Assembly (NCBI GenBank): GCA_000934665.2
Contig: KZ538597.1
Coordinates: 62,001 to 105,797 of the forward strand
DNA from: Catajapyx aquilonaris
Taxonomy: Eukaryota
Length of the DNA stretch: 43,797 nt
Reading direction: 5' to 3'
The notes under the pieces were generated by a model that was given only the letters and a program-made list of their open reading frames with translations, was not told where the DNA came from and did no database searches. This document shows, in pieces, positions 1-11,400 of the stretch. Position numbers and translations under genes: made by a program. Each line of letters begins with the position of its first letter. The stretch's first letter is position 1.

Positions 1-695
1 ATGTGGTGAGGAAAGAGCGGAAGGCGATCCGCTCTCTCAGCCAGGAGACCTTGTCCCCGAAACACCCAAACTGGTTGCCTACCTGCGGGCCTCTTTTTTT
101 TCCTCTCCACCTCCCACCCTCCCACCCCCCCTAGTTCCAACCAACACTATAGTCGACCCCATTACCCAAAACTATTCTCATTTCCCTCTCCTCTCAGGTC
201 TCTCTTCACTCTTCCTTTCACTAAAGGTTGTTGCATAAGTGGTGCGCGCTCTTGCTCTCGAGGAGTGAATCGTTTCACTTTTTATTCTTCTTCTTCTTCT
301 TTAAACTCTTTGTTTCTTTTTTTTTATTGCAGCAGCAGCAGCAGCAGCCACGCACGGTTCGTCTGGCAACCCAACATGGCAACACTGTCTGAATTCCAAT
401 ACGGAACCACAAATTTTAAGCTACGGGGAAATCCGTGTGATTCAAACGCCCAAACAGGATTCAAGAAATGTTGCGGTGATAAATAATATCTGATCCCAGA
501 TATTTAAGCTATAGCTGTCTCTGCACAAAATAATAATTTGTATAATATAAATCAGAAAGTTTGTGTGCATGTCCGAGCTACCTAATTAACCCAACTTCCG
601 CACTATTGGGAGGCTGAAAGTTCGTACACCGATGTCTTATAAACTTCTTTCATTTTTCCATCCCCTGGGTGGTAAATTTTTTAAAAATTGGACGA

Positions 696-926
696 TATGG
701 ACGGTGTTATGCAATAATGAGTCAACCCACAGTTTTGAGGAAAAGGTATTTGAAGGTCATACCTGTGAAATTAATTCAGTATGTTCTTTTCGGTCATTTA
801 TGACATAAGTATTCAGATTTCACCAGCGTGATTTTAACTGAATGAGGTAGCTGGATCTTTTAGGCATATGTTCCTTTTATATGCCATTTTTGTGGGTTGA
901 CACATTATTGCGTAACACCGTCCATG
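696..926. mobile_element. MITE with 35-bp terminal inverted repeats
   Basis: ATGGACGGTGTTATGCAATAATGAGTCAACCCACA at the left; its reverse complement (2 mismatches) ends at 925. TA on the right flank. Confidence 0.75.
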
Positions 927-980
927 TAGGGCTTGCAACGAACCGGAACGTGCCGGAATGATTCGGGCACGATCTGATAT

Positions 981-1155
981 AGTCGGCCCAGCTTAACTTG
1001 CCATTGACGTCATCGTTTTGTTTACAAAGTCCTATAGTCAGAGGAAATCTTCCGAATGCACCTCACTGTTCCAGGGGTGCGTTCGGAAGATTTCCGCTGA
1101 CTAGGAATTGGTAAACAAAACGATGACGTCAATGGCAAGTTAGACTGAGCCAACT
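981..1155. repeat. 175-bp foldback (hairpin MITE-like)
   Basis: Two arms of about 83 bp, reverse-complementary with few mismatches, and a loop of about 10 nt. Confidence 0.9.
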
Positions 1156-3330
1156 TGTTCCGTATGATCCCGTTTGTTATCCAGTTTTCCGCTTTTCCAG
1201 GAGATTCTACATCCTATCCGAAAATTGAACCCAAATACACCGGACCTTTTTTAAAAAAAAGATAAAAATGACAATGAACCTTCAGGAACGCGTCTAACAG
1301 TTGCCAGGAGATGAGGAAAAACAACTCGCGCCCCTCAATGGGGTTCGGGATGGGGTTCATTTTACACAACGGTTCGGTTTTCCGACTTATTTATACACTT
1401 TTTGTGTCGGTGACCTCCCAGGAGCGGGGTCGTGGACTCTGGTGACGTCGCAAGGTCAGGGGCAGCTGCCTATGGGCAGAAAAGCAGAAAAACATCGCGA
1501 CGGGGGCAGCTGGTTTGAGTGTGGCACAACCCCTTCAAAAACACGGGGACTTATTTCGGAAAATTTTAGCCCGTCCGTTTTAGCTAAGGGTACTGCACAA
1601 AACAGCCAAAACTGACGGAAAAACAAGCCGTGGAAATATTTTTGACAAACAGCCATCCAGCTGGTGGTCTGTTTATGCCTAACTTACAGGAGAAAAATAA
1701 GTCGCACCTTGCTGGCCATCGGACCCAAAAGGGCGGGAAAAAAAATTGGGGAGGAAAGACTGATAAACAAGAGATAAATGGTCAGAGGCAATGACACCTA
1801 CTTCTTCAAATAATATCGTATCATTGCTGGACAGTTTGCGAAAATGTGCCACCTGTTCGATAGGATGGATTCGGCCAACAGTTACCAAGAAAAAAAGTGG
1901 CGGTATCTTGCGTCACTCTGGCTCCCGAAAAAGGAGAGAAGGAAGGGAGTGACACATACATAAAAATCCCGAAAAAAGGGCCAGGGGGTCAAGGCAAAAC
2001 TGGTGAAGAGAAATGGCGCGGCGCATCTAGACCCACTGACCCACTTCCCCTTTGGGCGTCGCGACGTAGGGCGTCGGTGGGGGGAGTAGGCAATGACGTC
2101 ATAGCACCAGAGAGAAGAGGGGGTGACCTTAATTCCCGGACCATTCCTATTGATTCCACCAAAAACGAGCAAACTTCTTTTTTTTTTACAAAATTTGCAA
2201 ACACCCCTGGAGGCGTTCGGTTGCAAAAAAAAATCGCGACGTATATTCGCGAATATTCCGGCAGGTTCGTCAACCGGGCCAGGGTGTTGACACCAGTGTC
2301 GGGAGAAGTTATGAATAGACTATAGCCAGATTACGGAGTGAATCTAGGAATTGGGCAGATATGTGACGTCACAGTGCGTAAAACTTGCGTAAGTTTTTCG
2401 CCAATACAAAAAAAAAGGCATCACCTTGGCCCTCTTCCTCCCCACTCCCCCATTCTTATGCCTGGACCTGGTTGGAAAAAAAAGGGGAAAGTTGTTGCCC
2501 GGTTGCCTGCACAACCCCCCCCCCCCTCCGCTAAACGCCCACCCACCCCTTTGCAAAAAATTGCGAAATGGGATCCCAAGCCAACTTCCAGGCTGGCCTT
2601 GACAGGGTTCGTTCTTCCTAAAGTTTTCTCAACCCGAAAGGGTTGAGACAAGGGGGTGGAGGAGGTGGAGGTGGAGGCACTCCCCCCCTCTTCCCCCAAC
2701 CTCCCTACTCCCCCACTTCACATATCACATATAAAAACGTGGCCTTTGCGCCGTGTATGTAGAGGGACGCCAAGGTCGCTCCACGGGAAGTCAAATACCT
2801 CGTCAGCCAAAAGCCCCTCCAAGGTTTCTTCTCTCTTCTTTTCTTTTTTGTATCCAACCAATTGGGCGCGTTGGTTTGGGAAGATGGAATTCTGAGGGAT
2901 TGGACAAGATGGCCGCGAGTCTATAGAGAGATGGCCGTGAAATGGACGCTGACCCTGCACTTGACCCCGGCAGAGGACACTTCCGACCCCAGGGGGAAAT
3001 GCACCGCGACGCCTGTTTCCCCCTCCCACTCATCCTGCCCGCTGCACAATTGCCAATTTTTTCGCAACCGACACTTCCAAGCGATAGCTGAACAGGAAAT
3101 GCTGGGTGGTACACTGCCCTCAGCTATATTGTTTGATATGTTCGTATTACCTTGTAATCAGCGCAGAAAACAAAAAAAAATGGCCATATTACATATTCAG
3201 CTCAGGCGGGTCATGAACTTAAGCACAAAGGTCACCTTGCCGGAGGTTGAACCCACGCCACGGGTCAAATCGGGTCGGGCCTCTGCTGGGATCGATCAAC
3301 TTTTCGCGAATGGAACCCTCTAAAAAGTGA

Positions 3331-3429
3331 GGGTGGAATATATTTTAGTCCCACTGCTAGTTCAGGCAAGTGTTGGCAAATGATACTGCTAAGTTAGCAG
3401 TAACTAGCAGTGGGACGAAAATTCCGCCC
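3331..3429. mobile_element. Short hairpin MITE, family A copy 1
   Basis: GGGTGGAAT..TTTTAGTCCCACTGCTAGTT ... AACTAGCAGTGGGACGAAAATTCCGCCC; homologous to 17804-17912. Confidence 0.75.
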
Positions 3430-4329
3430 GTTGTTTCCATATCTTCCACCAGGAGTCGTTGGATGTTGATAATGTTCACGTCCTTGCGGATTGTGACTTC
3501 AGTGTGTGCCAATAAAAATATTCATTTTTAGCAATTTTTCTGCTTACTTTCATGCAGTAAGAACAGACGTAAAATTATCGGCTATTGATATTGGAGGGGG
3601 AGTAGACTCATTCATTCAGATCCTGAGTTGTCAATGACCCACTCGAACCCTTATGTACTGTATATGAGGTCGAAGATTGAATCATTCGTTTTCCCCTGAG
3701 AGACCGCTTCCCCTAGTGTTCGAGAGAGTGTTTTCATCCAAGCTAATTATGGCAGCCAATATTTTCGTAATAACTGCCAAAATTCTATACACTCTAAGGA
3801 CTGATGCGAGGCACATAACCTAAAGCAGTAGCCAATGCTTCCAGAGCCACAAGGATAGGGTTGATTTGTACCATGTGAACAGCACGGGATCAGCCGATGT
3901 TAATTTCAAGCAATAACGCCAAAGGCTCAAAATAATCAAAATAAGCGACAGATGAACATCAGTGCTCTCCCAACACGATATCTTCGGCAACTCAAAATTC
4001 CTCAAGGATTGGATCAATTTAGTCTTCATTGTGTTAGGTGAATGCCAGACTAGTTTAATTATGTATTCTTCGGCAGATTAAGCTGCCAACCTTGATGTCC
4101 CGAGCATTTCTCGGAACTCAAATCTGACATATATAAAGCAGAAAGGTTGTTGGTATATGGATGCACGTCACGGCTATCACTTCCAGAGTGCTGAGAGTGC
4201 ACACTGACGTCTTACGTGCCGTAAATTTAGGAAAAAGTCCGAAACCCGCACTTGTTTGAGTCTTAAATACCCAAAATTTTGAATTTTTACATATGATATT
4301 TGGTGTCTCATCTTCGGAAATTGTGGCAC

Positions 4330-4344
4330 ATATTTCTTTTATTG

Positions 4345-4418
<74 letters not shown>

Positions 4419-4576
4419 TCATACCCCGTGCTCGAGCCTTAGGCTCCCTTAGGGGGGTGGATTACCACCATTGGATGGGAGCATGGGACCAGGGATAGGG
4501 AAGGAAGCGGCTGTGGCCTATTTTTACGGAAACTACCCCGGAATTGTCCTGGAGGGGACCATATATTTCTTTTATT
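4330..4576 (-). mobile_element. 5'-truncated SINE/non-LTR insertion with (AAT)n tail and 14-bp TSD
   Basis: ATATTTCTTTTATT at 4330-4343 and 4563-4576 flanks (ATT)n plus a body of about 140 bp. The body contains GGAAGGAAGCGGCTGTGGCCTA, which recalls a widespread insect SINE core. Confidence 0.75.
4341..4418. repeat. (ATT)n microsatellite
   Basis: About 25 trinucleotide units; directly visible. Confidence 0.97.
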
Positions 4577-6990
4577 TAATCAGTCACCGTGCGAAGAACG
4601 GGTCTCCTGCTAGTTCATTGTAAATCAAACCCTATTGGATGGATCAGAACCGGAAGCACTTTCTTCCCCAAAATGGCGTAGGAGAACAAGATGGCGTCTT
4701 CCATCCGGAAGTTGCTATGGAACTACCGTCTCTAAGGGCTAGCGATTCAACCCAGTAGCCCCCATTCCCAGCATCCCTTTCGTGTGAGAGGAGGAGGGGG
4801 CCTCTCACAGGAAATCCTCAGACACTCACCTCTTTCCCAACTCCTTTTTTATTTTTTTATTCCCCCCCCCCCCNCCCCACACCCTTCCCTCCCACCTTCC
4901 CCCACGCTCTTATGTGCTCCCTTGTTTCCTCCCGAGGAATAATATTTTTCACACAAAAAAACCTCGCGCCCCTGAAGGGCCAAGGTAAAGGGAAAGTCAC
5001 GCGACCATCTGGCAACGGCCTGTAAGCAGCCAAGGGAGGCGCACTGCACCTCGTACAAAAAAAGAGCCCGGTTTTAAGCCTAATTATCTCGGTCACTAGG
5101 CCTGACTACTGTGAGCCTGAAAGGTAGGATTCCTCCCAAATTTTTTTGTCTTGTGGGTGGGAAGGTGGTGGGCCAAAGATGGCGGGGTTTCGGGTTCTTC
5201 ACCTGGCAACCCCTCCGGGACGAGGTTGTTGCGCGCGCTCAAGGTTAGGGTTTCTGTGCAGTAACCCCGTTGCATGACGGGGGAGGCGAAACAGCTCGGG
5301 AATTAATTGTGAGAAGAGATCCCAACCAATTTCGAGTTCAAAGTGAAGGTTATTTCCAACCTCCACACCCTTGTCATATTTTAAAACTATTTCCAACTTA
5401 CACCCTCTCGCAATTTTTTTTAACTAATTCCCGCACCCATCTTGCAAAATCGCGTCCTACCTCGAAATCGGATGTAATTCCGGTGTTATATCTGCAATCT
5501 TTTTTTTTTTTTTACAGTAACCTTGGTGCAAAAATTTGAGCAAATTTTTTGAGGCCGTCGACCCACTTTTGTATCGCAAATAATAGGTATTGAAACCCTC
5601 GGGACCTTTTTATGCTCCATATGCGCAAGGTGCGATTGTTGCGCTCTCAGTACGTGCAGTGACGCAAATCAGCCAGCTGCGAAACACGTGCTATAACCAG
5701 CGACACGCAACACTATTCAAACAAGCAATGACTGCTGGATGGGGGGGGGGCCTCCCCTGGGGAAATTTTTTTGGCAAGAGTCCCAACTGTAACATCGATA
5801 GCAAATTCCGGGCCAAGCCGAAAATAAATTTCCTGCCAGAAGTGGACAATGGCCGTTCGCCCCCAACTTTAATGTCCCTTCGACTGTTGCAAAAAGAAAT
5901 TGAGAGGGAGAAAAAATATCCCCAGCCCAGCTCCTTTATTCCTCCCCCCCTCCCTTTGTTTTCTTCCTGTCAATATCCTGTAGGAAGGACGGCGAGTTTT
6001 TCCTGCTCACTCCGACTGCCGTTTGGCCTTCGCAGGTCATTCTTCCTGGAGAGGGCGTTGCATTATTGAAGGGGGCGAATAGGGGGGGGCGCATGCTGCT
6101 GGGCTCGCCGAAAAAATTGGGGAGGAGGAGCCATGATATGAACGTCATGAAGCCCAGCACTAAAGAGGAATGCGTCGCAAACTCCCGACGATAAATTTTT
6201 CAGGTTTGTACGCTGGCTGCCCGTCGTCCAGGGAATTATTGCCCATCCGATTGTGTGGTAACAATGCTGGGGAAATATTTGCACTGTTCTGTGCGTCAGT
6301 CGCGTGCGTGTGTAATTCAAACCGATGATGGATCAAAAACCCGGTCGAACCTGGGTCGGGGGGAAAGGCCGATGACAAGGTGACTGCCGTCAAAACCGCG
6401 GTCAAAACGGAGCAAATTTTGCGGGTTATCCTGGATGTTCAGGGCCAACCCACAGGCTGGTCAGATCGCAGGGTGGCCCACCTACCAGGATAACTATTTT
6501 AGGGCCGGTTACACGAACAGCAATTAGGAAAATCGGCTGTTCTTTCCTACGCGACGAAGTGGCGGGAGTCGGGGTAGAGGGCAGTTCAGAGGGCGCATCC
6601 GAATGAGTGGGTGTTTCTGTATGACTTTTTCGTACCTGCCGCTCCTGAAACCGTATTTTATCATTCCCTGTGCTGTGATCGACTTTTGTTTGTAGGAGGA
6701 AACAAGAGAACCCCGAGTAAACCCACACGAACACAAAGAGAACCCATCGAAACTCTAAGTATCATTTGTCCAATTCGGTGATAGAACTCTGGACCTCATA
6801 GGTGGAAGGCTGTGGCGATACTACTACACCACCTTGCCGACTGCGGCCAACGAACATTATTGTGGCTTTGCTATGGCAACTCAGAGGTTACATGCATTTA
6901 GACCACCCCGGTTCACCTACGATTCGGACGCCACCCCGATTTCCGCCACTTCGCCTCGTAGGAAAGCTCTTCCGCAAAATCGTCGATGAC

Positions 6991-7075
6991 GGCAATGCTG
7001 GTGTCGTACTGGCGGCGCTCTTTTGCCGCCAACAGCTCGTGGCGCCACCAGTACGCCCCGAAATGTCCAGTACTA
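6991..7075. mobile_element. Hairpin repeat, family B copy 1
   Basis: Its reverse complement shares CGTACTGGTGGCGCCACGA.CTGT.GGCGG with 25706-25832. Confidence 0.55.
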
Positions 7076-8074
7076 CATTACATGCACCTGGCTGATCACA
7101 GATGACCCAGGCTTGGTTTAGTTTGGTTGACTTGATTGAGCCAAAGCAACTATAGCTATCTGGCTATAATATTAGAAGATGCAAAGGTGGGGCAGATGGA
7201 GACAGAAACGAAGAGAAAAAAAGAAGAAGAGGAAAGACTGTATGTGACAAACAGAGGCTCAGACTCGAGCAGATTCTAGCCAATAGGCGCTATCGGGTTG
7301 ATTGGCCGATTGCAGGAATTGTTTGCGGAAACCGATGGTTTCTGCATTTTTCCGCCACTTCCGGTCTCCCAAACCGCGAAATAAAACTAAGAAAAAAAAA
7401 ATAGTCATGATCCGATCGCAGGAAGTTTGGTTGGGATGGTAAGGTGAGGAGGGGCGGGGGTTTCCAATTGACGTCATAAGGGGACGGTTCGATCTTTTAG
7501 GCCCCGAAATTTTCCAGGAAGCATTCGTGCTGGCCGCCCATCTCGGAAATGATTCGCGTGACCACTTGTCACACACACACACACACACCCATACATGTGA
7601 GGATGACTGAAAGGGTCATATTTTGGGCAATAAAACTCTAGGTTCCAAAAAACTTTTTAGTCGCACTTTGTGATGTAAAAATAGCGGTTGCTATGATAGA
7701 CGCTTTAGGGTTGAAGGGGGGAAAAAATAAGTCTATTTCTGTTGGGGGGGTGGAGTGGCCGGAAATTATAGCCGTTCGACCCGCTAACCCCTGCGCAGGC
7801 GACTCTTCTCAGCAGGGGGTCACCCCCACCACCTTCCGCACTAAAAATATCAGAACGGGGCGGGGGTTGGCCCCCACGGTCAGATTTAGCCAACCCCTCT
7901 TTGTGGTCAATAAGTTCGCAATTTGCTACAATGTTCGCCAGGTATACACACACACTTAAACAAAGAAAAAAACGCGGGGCTATTTTTGGTCCAAATTTCA
8001 CACGGTCCACTCTAGCTATTTTTAACAACTTCGCTAAATTTTTCATCTGGCGCAGTTGCATGGCTCGACTTATG

Positions 8075-8402
8075 TAACACAGTTGACTCCAGATATACCA
8101 GCCTCGGCTATAACAGACTTGAAATGCTGGTCCCGGCATACTTCCAAGCACAAAGTTTGTCGGCATGTATGTATGTCCGGGCTAACTAGCCCACTTCCTG
8201 AGTCCTGAGTGATTAAACTTGGCACACTGACATCTTATAAAAGAAATGTGCCGCAAATGAGACACCAAAACACAATTTTTCGTTTATTTGAACAAAAATT
8301 GTGTTTTGGTGTCTCATTTTATTTATCAATCAAGAGGCTATTTGGCTATAACAGACTTTTTTTCGGTCTCTCGAAGTGTTATATCTGGAGTCAACTGTGT
8401 TA
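8075..8402. mobile_element. Tc1/pogo-like MITE with an internal repeat fragment
   Basis: TIR TAACACAGTTGACTCCAGATATA at both ends. Direct repeat GGCTATAACAGACTT at 8106 and 8344. Internal hairpin at about 8255-8320. Confidence 0.75.
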
Positions 8403-11400
8403 GTTGAGCAGAATTTTTGGTGAATAAATTAATCTTTTCTTTCGCCAAGCTGGAATCCGGAAAGACTGTTGTTCCTGGATCCCAGTTTTTTTTCCCCCAA
8501 ATTATTTTTTACCCGGATGCAACGACCCCCCGGAACCTCCCCTGCTTGAAGACCCATAGTGGCGTCTCCAATTACCCCTCAGCATGCAGTGAGTCGCGAG
8601 CCTTGCGCGAGCCAGGGCCTTTTGTCTCTCTCTCAAACCAATATAGATCCGGCGATTTATTTTTAAAAGCGCAAGTTTTGATCCGGAGAGTGGAGAGGAT
8701 TTTAAAATACGACATTTGTGTCCGGAATTGAAATATGGCGCCGAGAATCCTGAGCGAGGTTGACAGTTTCTTCAGACGAGTCCTAATGGAACCAAAGAGC
8801 ATTAGTGTCGGAGGAAGGATGGAGTTTCAGTAAAAGAGACCGTCGTCGGTCGGTGGAAAAAAAAAAGGAGAGATAAATCAGGAGGATTTCGGTGGTCAAA
8901 TGGACAAGGGCCATCATGTGCTACCGGGACACTCGTTATGGGGGCGACAGAAACGCATAAGTGTGTTTACACTGGTGTTTTAGACTAGTGGCGACAAGCC
9001 TATTTCCGTCCAACATCACGAAGAGAATGGCTGCAAGTAACCATGAAAAGTACAAAATGTGTGGGTGCTTCTAAACATAGCGCCTTTATAATTCAACATA
9101 TGGACAGAAATAGACACACCCGCGCGATAATCCCCAGGAGGTTAACTCCCATTTACTTTTAACTAATGTGAGGTTAACAGGAATGCACTGTAACGACCGC
9201 CTACTTACATCCGGCATTAAATATTCCGCTATTTGTGACTCGAACTTGTACAGCTCGATTGTTAGTAACGTAAATAAAAATGTTGTTTTTGCATTATTTA
9301 ACGCTCCGGATAATAGCTCCAGATATAATTGAAAAGCTCCATTGTGGCCCAGGCTGTAACTCGCGTAACAAGTTGCAAATGACGGAACAAAAGCTACCGC
9401 ATGTCAATGTTTTCGCAGCTCATCCTGGGTTATAAACAGACTCCACATAAGTCCATAAAACGCTGTAACAATCTGGTCAAAATAATTTTGGTTCACAGCA
9501 GACATTTTTTTTGGACGTGTGGCAGACCATCTTTTAAACCCCCCACCAAAATGACATATCTGTTTTTGGGAGAATCACACGTGAGAAACTTCCGGAGCCA
9601 AATGTCATCTCCGGACACTTTTAAAGCGCGTGAAAGAAAAAGGCAGAAGCAGCTGTGGGGGGGAACGATACCAAAAATTTTTGTCTTTGGCGGGGAGGGA
9701 ATGGATGGCGGGGGGGGGCTGGAGGTCATAGGTCAAAGGCGGCAGTTGCCTAATGATGGATGCGACAAGGGTGGGGAGGGCATCACCTTCCACGGATTGA
9801 CACTCAGGGTGCCCGGACTAATTGCATGTCTCCAACACATGTGAGATTTGTTTACTATGGGACACTAAGGAAACCACCTGCCAAATATCGTCCCCATTCA
9901 CCAGTGCCTAGAAAGGTTGGTAAATATTACATGCCACGGTATTTACTGACCTTGGTGGCAACTTCCCTATTGCCGTTATCAGAATTTATCAAACACGGAA
10001 AATATACATCCAGACATTGCCCCCAATACGACGAGCAAATCGTTTCAAATTGGACAAACAAATTAAATAAATTGCCCACCCTAAATGATGTCACATGCTG
10101 GCAACCAGGTATTAAAATGCGACAAAAAATAATTAATACTGGTCCCGCAAACGCTTCACAAAAATTGAAATTTTGCATATATTGACATCACAGATCGTGT
10201 AATAATAAAATTAGCAAAAATACGTAAACTAATACGACGAGATGGGATTCACGAGTGGGGGAGTCACGAACCTTTTTTTGACCTCCACATGCATGCCACA
10301 TTTTTACTTTCCCAAATGGTGGCAAAGGTCGAGACCTGCCTTTAGGATGGGGGGACATTTTTCTTCCCTCAACCTTTTTCTCCCCCTTCATGCATTTTTG
10401 TGAGGAAGTTATCAGGGTCGCATGGAAGACACAAATTCCAATGCCCATCTTTTCTGTGCACACCGCCTGGGACACCACACAGAGGAAGTGACAAAAAAAG
10501 TGCTATATAGAATGTCACAGTTATAAGCAGTATAATCCATTCTATAAGTAGTTCAAATTTGGCGGAATCCTCGTGTCAACACGTATAGAAATGCAAAAAG
10601 AATTTTTTTCCCTGCATTTTGACTCCATGTGTGCAAACAAATCCGAGCAATCCTTTGCACTCTGGCTTGTGGAATAAATTTGCGCGCGTTTTGAGACTGG
10701 GATAATGTGTCCCCAGGCGTCCTCTAAAAGAAAGTGAGTGGCAGAGGCCATGCTCAGACATCACCCCTCGCAGTCTCACATACACAAGCCACACATGTGA
10801 CAAAAAAATAGGGAGAAAAGCAACCGAATCCGGCGCCAACTGTTCCTGTCGCACCAAATGTCTCGCCCTTTCACCCCCCCCCCTCATTTTTTTCGCNCCG
10901 GGTCACAAAAAGGAATTCATCTTCCTACATGTACTCTATGGCCTTCCCCTCATCATCTATGGAACCGCACTTACGGTACCACTTCCCGAGAAAAAATCTG
11001 CATTAAAAAAATAATAAAGTCGCAAATGTCCCATTTTTTTGTGTACTGTAACCCAATCTTGTGTGGTGTTCAATTAACTCATCTGCAATACCGGTTTATC
11101 CAGCCCTTTCATTGACTGAGAAGGAACTTAGTTAGTCTCTCAACTTGATGCTTAAACTACCGATATATCTGAAATATCACTTGGGAAGTTACGTTTCGTT
11201 TAAATACTCTGTAAATGTAATCCGGAATGAAAATTTGGATAAATAATAAAGTTGCTAATCCAATGGTCCAAGAGTAAGCTACAAAATTAATATCTCATAA
11301 TGAACATGTCACCTATATACGATCTTTCATAAACTCGGATTATTATTATTATTACTTTTTTAAAAAACATCGTCAACGTTTGCAAATCGCCAAAACATGC

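Noticed and set aside
5125..5175. U7 snRNA look-alike (TTTGTCTTG Sm-site-like)
   Set aside because: Extra T run, no convincing 3' hairpin and no snRNA promoter evidence.
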